Under the pieces are notes generated by a model. That model saw nothing but the letters and a program-made list of their open reading frames with translations, made no database searches and was not told where the DNA came from. A stretch of DNA of 58,661 bases, the filler included, from an uncultured Myxococcia bacterium (GTDB lineage Bacteria > CAZTWC01), in NCBI GenBank assembly GCA_964617105.1. It is 2 parts of 2 records of this genome, joined end to end, with 100 filler letters (N's around TTAATTAATTAA, not from the genome) between each part and the next. Parts side by side here need not be neighbours in the genome. Positions count along the whole stretch, not along the records: positions 1 to 29,333 come from CAZTWC010000011.1; positions 29,434 to 58,661 come from CAZTWC010000012.1. One strand, written 5' to 3'. Each line of letters starts with the position of its first letter. Within the stretch, counting starts at the first letter, position 1. This document shows positions 27,923 to 37,894 of this stretch, piece after piece. The position numbers and the translations under genes are program-made.

Positions 27923-29333
27923 AGAGGTGGAAAAACTCAATCTGGATTCTATTCAGGAACTCTACCAAAAACATCACAACCCTGGACTCACCGAAATCTT
28001 CCAGACTCTGGGATTCAACAAAATCAAAGTCACTTCTGCCCGGGGCAACTACTACTTTACCGAAGACAACCAAAAAATATTAGACTTATGGGGCGGATAT
28101 GGCTGTCTCAACCTGGGTCACAATCATCCCGGAATCTTGAAGGCTAGAGAAAACTTCTCCCAGGCTCAAGGAGTAGAGATATGCATGGCCTTTTACTCCC
28201 CCTACGTGGCTGCCCTGGCTGCCAATATAGCCAATATTTTGCCGGGGGATTTAAATTATGTTGTTTTAAGTAATACCGGGGCCGATGCGGTGGAAGGCGC
28301 CTTAAAACTGGCGGAAAAATACGGAGGCCCCAGACGTGACCGTCTCATCTATTTTAATAACTCCTTTCATGGTAAGACCCATGCCGCCCTGTCAGTGACC
28401 TCTCACCAACACCCGAAAAAATTCTACAAAATGCTTTGGGGCTGTCAGGAAGTGACTTTTGGCGATGCCAACGCCCTGGAGTCGGCCCTGGCTGAGTTCG
28501 GCGGGAAGAAAAAATGCGATGTAGCCGCAGTGATTATCGAACCCATCCAGGGAAATGGCGGGATAATACCGGCGCCGCCCGGTTTTCTAAAAACAGTCCG
28601 CCACCTCTGCGACCAATACGGCGCCCTGATGATCGTAGACGAGGTGGCCAGCGGTTTTGGACGCAGCGGTCGCATGTTCGCCTTTGAATACGAAGATGGC
28701 CTGATCCCCGATCTGGTTACCATGGCCAAATCTCTGGGAGGAGGCAAAACTGCTATCAGCGCCATGGCAGTGAAGGAGAAGATCTTCAAAAAAGCCTACG
28801 GCGCCTCATCAGACTCATCGCTACTCTCCACAACCTTTGCCGGCATGGGTGAAGCCTGTGTCACCGCCATCGAAACAATCAATCTGATTTACCAAGAAAA
28901 CTTGGTTGAAGCAGCGGAAAAACAGGGTAAATATTTTTTAGACGCCCTTAAAAAATTACACCATCGCTACCCCAAAATTATTAAAGATGTCCGAGGCCGA
29001 GGCCTGATGATCGGCCTGGAATTCCACAACTTCGGAAAAATTCTTCTTCCCATAGTGGATCCCTTTACCAAACTACTGGGCCCCAGTCTAAACGGTGCGT
29101 ATACCATTTTGACCGCCATTGAACTGTTATTCCAGCACAACATCCTGGTAGCCTTGACCGCGGCAAGGCCCAATGTAATCAGGCTGTTACCCCCCTTGGC
29201 TATAACCAGAGAACAAATTGACCAGGTTATAGACGCTTTAGACCAGGTACTGAACATGGGGGTGATAAAATTGGGTTTAAAAACCGTTAAAAGGAAATTA
29301 CATAACAAAACTATTAAGAAGAAACTAAATAAG
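27888..29333 (+). CDS. Class III PLP aminotransferase (3' end runs into assembly gap)
   Basis: LNLGHNHP, TGADAVEGALK, SFHGKT, IEPIQGNGG, DEVASGFGRSG, AKSLGGG, STTFAG. Confidence 0.9.
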
Positions 29334-29433
29334 NNNNNNNNNNNNNNNNNNNNNNNNNNNNNNNNNNNNNNNNNNNNTTAATTAATTAANNNNNNNNNNN
29401 NNNNNNNNNNNNNNNNNNNNNNNNNNNNNNNNN
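29334..29433. other. Artificial 100-nt scaffold spacer
   Basis: 44 N + TTAATTAATTAA (stops in all frames) + 44 N. Confidence 0.95.
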
Positions 29434-29569
29434 CACGTTTTTTCATTTTTTTTAGCATGGGGATGGTCACTTTTTTTGAGCGACTTTTATAAGTTGACAT
29501 AGGAATCAGGTTCCTTTCATAAAATTATTATCCAGTTAAAAATTATTTAGGCGCGAGTTTGCTCTCTAT

Positions 29570-31129
29570 TTATCTCTTCTGGGAACCTAAAAAGATTTTA
29601 AGTTTACCTAAATATCCCTTCTGATGCAATACCCTGGCGCTTTTTAACAGTAAATTGTAGCGGTCGTGTGTATAAGGCTGCCAGGCGATGGAAGAGATGG
29701 GCAAGGGCATATAAAAATTCTCCAGGTTTACATGTATCTTCAAGCAACTCTGACGCAAATGCTCAGCAGTATATATCCGTCCCAGACCGCTATCTTTTAT
29801 TCCTCCCCTGGGCAGATCGGGCATGGCCAGGTTAATATATCCCTCATTGATAATAATATTGGCCGCCTCGATCTGTTCCGCTAACTTTTTCCCCTTTTGC
29901 CGGTTGCCGGTAAAAATATGGGCGCTAAGTCCATAGGCGGATTCATTCATTTGCTCCACCGCCTCTTTACTATCGCTGTAACTTATCAGAGGCAAAATAG
30001 GACCAAACAACTCCTGCTGGAGAACCATCATCTCCCGGTTCGCCCCATCAATAATAGTTGGCTCAAAAAAGGTTCCCGCCAGAGGCAGAATTTTTCCTCC
30101 ACATAATATCTCTCCCCCTTTTTGACGTGCATCCTCCACTGCTTCGGTAAATAACTGCATATTGGCAGGATCGGTAATGGCTCCCATACTCATACCGTCT
30201 TCCAGGGGATCTCCCAACCTGATTTTTCTCACACACTCCAGCAGCATATTGGTAAAACGCTGGTATACCGATTTGTGGACATATACGCGGCTAATGGCAG
30301 CACTGGTCTGGCCGGCGTTGGCAAAGGCAGCCCAGGTGATTATCTTAGCCACCATAGGTAAATCCGCATCCTGGCAAACTATGGCCCCGTTTTTCCCACT
30401 TAATTCCATAGAACAGGGTACCAGGTTGGTACCACACTTTGCTGCTACTTTACGCCCTACCGGAGTGGAACCCACAAAAGTTAGGCCATCTATGCCCACA
30501 TCGATCAGCCGGCTGGCAATTTCCCCCGATGTTACCATTACCTGGAAAAGATTTTCCGGTAACCCAGCCTGCAGGAAGATCTCCATTATTTTTATAGCGG
30601 TCAGGGGAGTAAGGCTGGATGGTTTGAGGATAACACTGTTACCAGCCAAAAGGGGCGGCACAATCATACTAAGAGGGGTGAGCCAGGGATGGCTCCAGGA
30701 ACCGATAGCCAGGTGTACTCCGGCAGGACGGTATTGGATATAACTACGCCGGTTTTTATAGCGTAATAGGGGTAACTCCTGGTCCTTAAGAGAGTTTTTA
30801 GCCTGGGTACAAAAGTAATCTAAAAAATCGAGACTTAGCAACACCTCCTGGGCCATGGATTCAAACAGCGTTTTGCCATTTTCTTGGGTGATAAGACGGC
30901 AAATTGGGTCCAGGTTGTCCAGGATAATACGACGGCACTTTTTTAATAATTTTATCCTGGAACCGACCCTCTTTTTTGCCCATATCTTTTGTACTGCTTT
31001 CGATTGTTGCAGTATCTCCCGGCACTGAGAAAAATTAAGCCGGGATATTCTCTGGATAATTTCTCCGCTAGCCGGATTGATAACCGCCAGGTATTTGCTT
31101 TTTTTTACCTTTGCCCCCAATTTTGTCAT
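29570..31129 (-). CDS. Aldehyde dehydrogenase family protein, catalytic Cys and Asn both replaced by Ser
   Basis: ENGK, LKPS, FVGS..VG, MELSGKN, ELFGP, GGIKDSGLGR; GQTSAA instead of GQxC and WSHP instead of WNxP. Confidence 0.85.
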   Translation of the reverse strand: MTKLGAKVKKSKYLAVINPASGEIIQRISRLNFSQCREILQQSKAVQKIWAKKRVGSRIKLLKKCRRIILDNLDPICRLITQENGKTLFESMAQEVLLSLDFLDYFCTQAKNSLKDQELPLLRYKNRRSYIQYRPAGVHLAIGSWSHPWLTPLSMIVPPLLAGNSVILKPSSLTPLTAIKIMEIFLQAGLPENLFQVMVTSGEIASRLIDVGIDGLTFVGSTPVGRKVAAKCGTNLVPCSMELSGKNGAIVCQDADLPMVAKIITWAAFANAGQTSAAISRVYVHKSVYQRFTNMLLECVRKIRLGDPLEDGMSMGAITDPANMQLFTEAVEDARQKGGEILCGGKILPLAGTFFEPTIIDGANREMMVLQQELFGPILPLISYSDSKEAVEQMNESAYGLSAHIFTGNRQKGKKLAEQIEAANIIINEGYINLAMPDLPRGGIKDSGLGRIYTAEHLRQSCLKIHVNLENFYMPLPISSIAWQPYTHDRYNLLLKSARVLHQKGYLGKLKIFLGSQKR

Positions 31130-31314
31130 TACTAAAAGACTCCCAAAATATTATCTTCTATTTACATTAGAATAAGTTATATAGTGAGTCATTGTCAAGA
31201 AACTTCATTTTCCTGGCTTCGCCGTTTCAGACCCCTTGACAATAACTACCAGAAAGGATAAGTTATATACAATTAAATAAAATTTGTAACTTTATATACA
31301 AAAGGGTTAATAAT

Positions 31315-32256
31315 ATGAAGGGTCGAAAAATACTATTTCTAGACGAAAATGCCAAATCCAGAAGGAGTTGTGTTAAAATTTTGGCCGCCACCCGGGCCAC
31401 TGTTACTGCTCCAAAGAGTATGGATGAAGCCAAGGAGTTGGTCGATAATAATTTTTTCGATATTGTTTTTGCCGATTTCAATTGCCGAGAAATTTTAGAA
31501 GTAGCCAGCAAAAAATCTCCTTTTTCCAAGACTATTTTACTAGCCCAGGTTTCAATCTCTGATATTTTATCCTATGTCCACAAAGAAAAGTATATAAGCA
31601 ATTTTTTAGCTAAGGATGTCGATGGCCGGATTATGCCGGAAGACCTGTTGATGACTACTGAAAAAATATTGCGCAACGATATTTTTGGCATCGAAAAATA
31701 CTTAACCTGGGGCGTTGAACCCTTTACCTATCAGATAGATGACTCCAATCGCCGCATGGAGTANNNNNNNNNNNNNNNNNNGTTGGGTTGCCGTAAATCC
31801 ATGATCAGAATTCTGGTTGATCTCTGTGATGAGTTTTTAATGAATGCCATTTACGATGCACCCCGGGATGAAGAGGGAAAACCGATTTACGCCAGCACCC
31901 CCAGAAACGAAAGAGTGCTCCTTAAACCTGACCAGGCTGCCAAGTTTCGCTACGCCAGCGACGGTGAGTTGTTGGCGATCTCAGTGGAAGACGCTTTTGG
32001 CGCCATTAACCGGGACAAGGTGGTTTCCTACCTGAGTAAGTGCTTTGCCAAGGGAGATGATCAAATAGACGCCAAAGAAGGTGGCGCCGGGTTGGGACTC
32101 TATATCATCTGGAAATCGGTCAACCATTTTATTTTAAACATTGACCCGGGAGTAAGGACTGAATTTGTCGGTATAATCGATCTCAGCCTCTCTATACGAG
32201 AGTTTAAAACTAAAAATCGCTCCTTTCACCTGTTCAGCACCCAAAGTCATCTTTGA
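31315..32256 (+). CDS. Receiver-like domain fused to HATPase_c-like (anti-sigma kinase-type) domain; small N gap at 31764-31780
   Basis: KILFLDE..DIVFAD; DEFLMNAIYDA, VEDAFG, GGAGLGL. Confidence 0.65.
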   Translation: MKGRKILFLDENAKSRRSCVKILAATRATVTAPKSMDEAKELVDNNFFDIVFADFNCREILEVASKKSPFSKTILLAQVSISDILSYVHKEKYISNFLAKDVDGRIMPEDLLMTTEKILRNDIFGIEKYLTWGVEPFTYQIDDSNRRMEXXXXXXXLGCRKSMIRILVDLCDEFLMNAIYDAPRDEEGKPIYASTPRNERVLLKPDQAAKFRYASDGELLAISVEDAFGAINRDKVVSYLSKCFAKGDDQIDAKEGGAGLGLYIIWKSVNHFILNIDPGVRTEFVGIIDLSLSIREFKTKNRSFHLFSTQSHL

Positions 32257-32304
32257 TAATCTGCGCCGGGGAGGGCGTCATCAGCAAGAAGAGAATTCCT
32301 GGCC

Positions 32305-33483
32305 TTGCATATCACATCTGCAAAACAGACTACCCCTTTGGAAATTCTTTTACTGAATTTATCCAGCCTGCTAACCCTGCCCAACCTGCAACACCTTAAA
32401 AGTCTATTTAAAAACCGGCCGGCGGTGCTTTTATCCTCTGATAATCGCCCCAGTATGGAATTTATAGCGGACCTGAACCACCGGGCTCTGATTATCTCTC
32501 CGTTAAATTGCTTATCTCCGGAAAAAAACATAAATCTATCCATCCATATTGCCGTGGTTCATGGCACCAACCGCAAAAAAGGATGGCACTCATTAAAATC
32601 AGAACAAGTAAAATCGATTGATAAATTATGCCTGGTATTGGCTGATTGCCCGGAAAAAGAAATTCTTAGTCTACCCTGCCGAAGTAAATTTGTAGCCTAT
32701 TCAAATAATATACCGCTTGAACTATTAAAAATATTGAAGGCCAACCCGTTACCTGTGGGCTCGTCTCCCCACACTTTGATGCTTTTTTTAGCCGCCTATC
32801 TTGGCTGTAATCCAATTATAATATTGCCGGGTCTTTTTTCCCGGGATCAAGACTGCGGGCCAGAAACTTTAAAATGGTTCAACCAACTGGTGTCCCAGAA
32901 AGAATATAAATCTCTTCCCGAAAAACTGCTGGCACTAAAGGGTGACAGGCTATATTTCCTTCAGGTCAAGTATCGAGAATCCAGCCAGATACTTTCACAT
33001 CTTAAGCCCTTTAAAAAAGATATGTTTAAAACTCTCGCCACTCGGGCCAAAAAATTTAAATCTTCTCTGGAGAAACCCAGAGCCCGCACCATAGAGAACT
33101 TTTTACAGAAGACGCTAAGCGAGGCTGAGCAGTTACAAACCCATTTCAAGCAGGCAGCAACCCTGTTAAAGCAGTTGCAAAAACAGGTGGAAAAAAGTGG
33201 CAGTCTGGATGAGGAAGTGTTGAGGGAAACCTCAAAATTGGAGCCTATTAAAAATGAAATTATCAAGTCTATTTCCAAAAGCCCGATTTGGTCAAACTAT
33301 TTTCTCTATGAATTGATGGAAATGGACCGGACCGGGGACAAAATAGCCCTGATTTCTGACCATGAGAGGATCGAAAAACTGGTACACTATGCTATCCATT
33401 TTTATAAGCAACTTAACTTTAAATCAGAAAAACTGGTGTCCAGTCTGGAAAAGACATTACTAAATTTGCTTAAAAACCAATAA
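32305..33483 (+). CDS. Divergent Maf/DUF115 (MptE-like) protein; start uncertain
   Basis: LKSLFKNRPAVLLSS..PS and AAYLGCNPIIIL resemble Maf motifs; helical C-terminus. Confidence 0.45.
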   Translation: MHITSAKQTTPLEILLLNLSSLLTLPNLQHLKSLFKNRPAVLLSSDNRPSMEFIADLNHRALIISPLNCLSPEKNINLSIHIAVVHGTNRKKGWHSLKSEQVKSIDKLCLVLADCPEKEILSLPCRSKFVAYSNNIPLELLKILKANPLPVGSSPHTLMLFLAAYLGCNPIIILPGLFSRDQDCGPETLKWFNQLVSQKEYKSLPEKLLALKGDRLYFLQVKYRESSQILSHLKPFKKDMFKTLATRAKKFKSSLEKPRARTIENFLQKTLSEAEQLQTHFKQAATLLKQLQKQVEKSGSLDEEVLRETSKLEPIKNEIIKSISKSPIWSNYFLYELMEMDRTGDKIALISDHERIEKLVHYAIHFYKQLNFKSEKLVSSLEKTLLNLLKNQ

Positions 33484-33503
33484 AGATTTTTGGAGGACAC
33501 AGT

Positions 33504-34433
33504 TTGAAAATAGCTTACTTTGGCATTCCCGTACATGCGCTCTCTCTTTTAGAAAAGGGCTATAACATATGCCTGGTAGTCCTAACCGGTTTTGAGGAGG
33601 AGCATACCTGGAAAATTATTGAACAATGCTCTGAACAAGGCATTGCAGTAAAATCGCCAAAATGGATAAGGAAAAAAAATTCTGCCTCAACCCTGAAAGA
33701 ATACTACAAACCGGATTTGATCTTATCTATGAATTTTTCCCGCAAAATACCAAAAAGGCTACTCAAGACTGCCCCCTTAGGCGGGATCAATATCCATCCC
33801 TCGCTTTTGCCCAGGCTGCGGGGAGCCAATCCCTATTTCTGGTGTATAGCCAATGGAGAAAAAGAGACCGGAGTCAGCGCCCACTTTATGACCAGCAAAT
33901 TCGACAGCGGTGATATTATTTTACAACAGAGTTTGAGGCTGGATGCTGAGGAAACCATGGGAACCCTTATTCCCAAGATACAGAATTTAATGGCTCAAGT
34001 TTCGCAGGAAACATTGACCCTGTTGGACAAACATGGACTCCGTGTTCCCTGTCGATTACAGCCGAAGGAAGGGGTCAGCGAGGCGCCAAAAGTCGCCATG
34101 GAGCACCTTCAGATCAAATGGAAACAAAAGCAGCGGCATCAAATACTCAGGCACATCAGGGCGGCTAACTATCCAAATTTCGGTGCCTTCAATTTTTTAA
34201 ACAACCATCATTTTACTATATGGAAAGCAAAAGCGGCAACAATTCCTGCTGGATATGAGAACAATTTGAATCTGGAGCCGGGCAAAATGGTGGTTTGCGA
34301 TTCCCAACTATTCATTATTGCGCTAGACGGAGTTATCCAGATACTGGAAGGTGATATAGATTTTACCGGGAAAAGAAATAGTGCCCAATTGGTAAATATA
34401 TCTTGTGTTTTTTCTGGCGCTTTATGCCAGTAA
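33504..34433 (+). CDS. Formyltransferase (Fmt/ArnA-like fold)
   Basis: INIHPSLLPRLRGANP, ETGVSAH, FDSGDII; GGAGG RBS with TTG start. Confidence 0.85.
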   Translation: MKIAYFGIPVHALSLLEKGYNICLVVLTGFEEEHTWKIIEQCSEQGIAVKSPKWIRKKNSASTLKEYYKPDLILSMNFSRKIPKRLLKTAPLGGINIHPSLLPRLRGANPYFWCIANGEKETGVSAHFMTSKFDSGDIILQQSLRLDAEETMGTLIPKIQNLMAQVSQETLTLLDKHGLRVPCRLQPKEGVSEAPKVAMEHLQIKWKQKQRHQILRHIRAANYPNFGAFNFLNNHHFTIWKAKAATIPAGYENNLNLEPGKMVVCDSQLFIIALDGVIQILEGDIDFTGKRNSAQLVNISCVFSGALCQ

Positions 34434-34480
34434 ATGGTGGTTCTTTTTTATTCATCAACCATTAGTCAACGAGCATAATT

Positions 34481-35896
34481 ATGAAAAAAAGTCCTCTAGA
34501 TACCACATCGGCAAAAGTAATGATCCTGAAGTGCCCCACCTACCATCAAGAAAACCTGGCTAAAAAAATATCTTTGGCCCTGGACGAATTTGAGTTGAAA
34601 CCTAAAGGAAAGGTACTTGTAAAGCCTGATTTGGGTTTTGCCCACTACGATTATCTCTCCTTTGGACAAGACAGTTTTACCAATACCGAAGTGGTGGAAG
34701 GAACTATTAAAGCGGCGGCTGACAGTGGGGAAACTACCACCTTTACCATTGGTACCAAAAGCGGCGTGGGATACCCGTCCAGAGTTTTGATGAACTGGGC
34801 CCAGTACAGTAACTTAGCCTCTAATTTGAAGGTTGAGGGGTTTGAGAAAGAGGTGTCTTTGTTGGGTTTTGAAAATGATCGAACCGAAGATCTGTTTTTA
34901 GGGGGAAAAGTTCATGCCTGGGCCTCTATGCCCAGCAAACTGGCCACTTTTAACTTTAATATTTGGCTTCCCAAACTGAGGAAGCATGCCACTTTGGGGA
35001 TAGCGGGCGCTATCCATTCCTATTTAGGTTTTTTAAATAATGATATGCGGGCAATTCATCACGATTACCTGCTACCTAATAAATTAGCCGATTTTTATGG
35101 GGTGATAAAACCTGATCTCATCGTCATGGATGCCATTGTTGCCGGTCTGGGGCACGAATTGGCCCCTTATCCCTATGAGATGGGGCTGGTTATCATTGGT
35201 ACAGATCCTTTTGCCGTAGACGTGGTAGCCGCCAGATTAATGGGATTTTCCAAACCAACTGAACTGCCCTATTTAAAAGAGATAAGCGCCAGAGGGAAAG
35301 CACCTTTTGATCCCTTTGAGGTTAACCTGTGCGGTGATTACACCACCTGGGAGCAAATAGACGCCATCGGCAAGCAAACAGCAAAGGAGAAAAATTATTC
35401 CCGCTGGCACAATATTGAAGAGGAATTGACCAAAGCGGGCTCTGAGATAAAACTATTGTACGGCCCCTATTCTGATCTTGGTGAGCAAAAATGCCAACAT
35501 GGGTGTTACCACCAATTGGCTTTTGCCCTCTCTTTACTGGAGAGGACTAAATTTAACAATCTAAAAAATGCCCGTCCCGTCCAAATCTTAATCGGCCGGC
35601 ATGAACAACCGGTTGACTGTAATGGCAACGTGGCAATTAAATTGGGCAAATGCTGTCGGGCAAAAGTAATAAATGCTCGCAAAGTTTGCCAAATACCACT
35701 CTGCTTTGCCACGGTCATAGATATCATTTTTAAACTCTGTTGGCATACCCGGTTGCCCAATCCTATACTAAAAGCGAGATTTTTTGGTTCAGTAGTTGCC
35801 CATTTTCTTTTCAGCCTGATGATTAAAACCGTGCGGTTTATCTATTTCAAGGAAATTTTAATATTTATCCGGGAGCGATTATTCAAAAAGGTTTAA
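34481..35896 (+). CDS. DUF362-family protein
   Basis: KVLVKPD, LPKLRKH, PDLIVMDAIVAG.G..P, GTDPFAVDVVAARLMG. Confidence 0.75.
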   Translation: MKKSPLDTTSAKVMILKCPTYHQENLAKKISLALDEFELKPKGKVLVKPDLGFAHYDYLSFGQDSFTNTEVVEGTIKAAADSGETTTFTIGTKSGVGYPSRVLMNWAQYSNLASNLKVEGFEKEVSLLGFENDRTEDLFLGGKVHAWASMPSKLATFNFNIWLPKLRKHATLGIAGAIHSYLGFLNNDMRAIHHDYLLPNKLADFYGVIKPDLIVMDAIVAGLGHELAPYPYEMGLVIIGTDPFAVDVVAARLMGFSKPTELPYLKEISARGKAPFDPFEVNLCGDYTTWEQIDAIGKQTAKEKNYSRWHNIEEELTKAGSEIKLLYGPYSDLGEQKCQHGCYHQLAFALSLLERTKFNNLKNARPVQILIGRHEQPVDCNGNVAIKLGKCCRAKVINARKVCQIPLCFATVIDIIFKLCWHTRLPNPILKARFFGSVVAHFLFSLMIKTVRFIYFKEILIFIRERLFKKV

Positions 35897-36083
35897 AGGA
35901 AAGATGCCCGCAGGGCAAAGGCGATAAAGGTTTTCGGACGGAAACTAAATAACTTTACATAATTACCAATTAAGATTATAATATAAATATTATATAAAAA
36001 TGGATTATTCTCGTTTAAAAATTTACTCGTTACAAGAATTTGAATGTTAAATACCTCTTTGATGTTAGATTCCTCTTTTAAAT

Positions 36084-37556
36084 ATGCAAGAAACCTCCTC
36101 TCAAAAAACCGGCCATATACTAGTCGTAGATGATGAAATTTCGGTTCAAACTCTGCTAAAAAATTTCTTGAGCAAACAAGGTTTTTGGGTAGAAACTGCG
36201 GATGATGGAACCTCTGCTTTGGAACTGATGGAAGAGAAGAGTTTTAACCTTATCCTATCCGACCTCAAGATGCCGCGGATGGGCGGGATCGAATTTTTAG
36301 AACATGTGCAGAAAATATCTCCTCAGACGATAACCATTATAATGACCGGTTTTGGCACGGTGGAAACCGCCATCAAAGCCATGAAAATTGGCGCCTACGA
36401 CTATATCCTCAAACCCTTTAAACTGGCGGAACTCCTTCTTCTTATTGAAAGGGGACTGGATAAACAGATGCTGGAGCAGGAAAACCGCCAACTAAAAGAG
36501 ACCCTCAGTCTATATAAACTATCCGAATCCATGTCCGGCACTTTATCCTTGGAACGAATTTTAGAGATAATTATGAACACGACAATTATGGAAGTTTATG
36601 CCGATGCCATATCCCTGGCCATGTTTTCAAAAACCGGGGATAATATTACCGGTAAAATGTTCCGGTCCATGCCGCCTTTTGAAAAAGAGAAACAGTTACT
36701 GGACGATATCTACCTGGACAAAATAATGGATATCCACCGGAAAAAAGCCCCCCTTATGGTTCATGGTGATGATGTCAACCAATTTTTTAACCACAATCTG
36801 TCAAAAGAGGTAGTTTCTTTTGTTTCTGTCCCCTTAAAAACCAGGGATAAGATACTGGGTGTATTAAATGCTCATTCCTTTACTCCGGGCAACAATTTTA
36901 ATGAGGGACAACGCCGTATTTTTTCTATCCTGGCCTCCAGGGCTTCAGCAGCCATTGAAAATGCCCACCTGCACCAAGATCTAAAGACAACTTTTCAACA
37001 AACCATCCAGGGATTTGCCCGGGCCATTGAAGCCAAAGACTTCTATACCAGAGGGCATTCAGATCGGGTAGCAAAATATACCCACCTGATAACCAAAGGG
37101 CTCAAAATGAATGCTAAAGAGATGGAGCAAACTGGAAATGCCGCCCTTTTACACGATATTGGCAAAATTGGTATCCGCTGGGAGGGACTAAACAAACCGG
37201 GAAAATTGACCCCAACTGAATACGAGATGTTTAAAGCCCACCCCACTCTGGGCAAGCGGATATTGGAGCCCATTACTTTTTTAGCCCATCTGGTGCCGGT
37301 AGTTTATGCGCATCACGAACGGTTTGATGGCCAGGGTTATCCCCAGGGACTTAAAGGTTATAAGATTCCTCTGGGAGCCCGAATTTTAGCAGTTTCCGAT
37401 ACTTACGATGCCATGACATCGGATCGCGCCTACCGGAGAGCTTTGCCTCACCAAAAGGCGGTTGAAGAGTTAAGGATGTACTCGGGCAGCCAATTCGACC
37501 CCGAAATAGTGGAAATTTTTTGTCAAGAAATTGAATCTTTTCTTAATAAAACGTAG
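36084..37556 (+). CDS. REC-GAF-HD-GYP cyclic di-nucleotide phosphodiesterase
   Basis: REC; YTRGHSDRV, LLHDIGKIG, HHERFDGQGYP, YDAMTSDRAYR. Confidence 0.92.
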   Translation: MQETSSQKTGHILVVDDEISVQTLLKNFLSKQGFWVETADDGTSALELMEEKSFNLILSDLKMPRMGGIEFLEHVQKISPQTITIIMTGFGTVETAIKAMKIGAYDYILKPFKLAELLLLIERGLDKQMLEQENRQLKETLSLYKLSESMSGTLSLERILEIIMNTTIMEVYADAISLAMFSKTGDNITGKMFRSMPPFEKEKQLLDDIYLDKIMDIHRKKAPLMVHGDDVNQFFNHNLSKEVVSFVSVPLKTRDKILGVLNAHSFTPGNNFNEGQRRIFSILASRASAAIENAHLHQDLKTTFQQTIQGFARAIEAKDFYTRGHSDRVAKYTHLITKGLKMNAKEMEQTGNAALLHDIGKIGIRWEGLNKPGKLTPTEYEMFKAHPTLGKRILEPITFLAHLVPVVYAHHERFDGQGYPQGLKGYKIPLGARILAVSDTYDAMTSDRAYRRALPHQKAVEELRMYSGSQFDPEIVEIFCQEIESFLNKT

Positions 37557-37586
37557 CGGGTTATATTCTTAAATTTTAGAGGTATT

Positions 37587-37874
37587 ATGAATAAAAGAGT
37601 TCATCTATTTATCAGTGGCCGAGTTCAAGGAGTATGTTTTCGTGCCTATACCGAAGATGAAGGCAAACGGCTTAATCTTACCGGGTGGGTGCGAAATCGC
37701 CCTGATGGTCGAGTGGAAATTGTGGCGGAGGGAAAAGAGGAGATGTTAGAAAGACTTATATCCTGGAGTCACCGTGGTTCACCCTATTCCTCGGTAGATG
37801 ATGTAGAAGTTAATTGGGAAAACTATCAGGACGAATTCAACCAGTTTACTATCAACTGGACAACTCATAAATAA
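37587..37874 (+). CDS. acyP: Acylphosphatase
   Basis: ISGRVQGVCFR, GWVRNRPDGRVE. Confidence 0.95.
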   Translation: MNKRVHLFISGRVQGVCFRAYTEDEGKRLNLTGWVRNRPDGRVEIVAEGKEEMLERLISWSHRGSPYSSVDDVEVNWENYQDEFNQFTINWTTHK

Positions 37875-37894
37875 CCAGCATCAAATTTCTCTCG

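Noticed and set aside
29334-29433. Perfect palindrome TTAATTAATTAA within Ns
   Set aside because: Artificial all-frame-stop contig linker in an exactly 100-nt spacer, not biology
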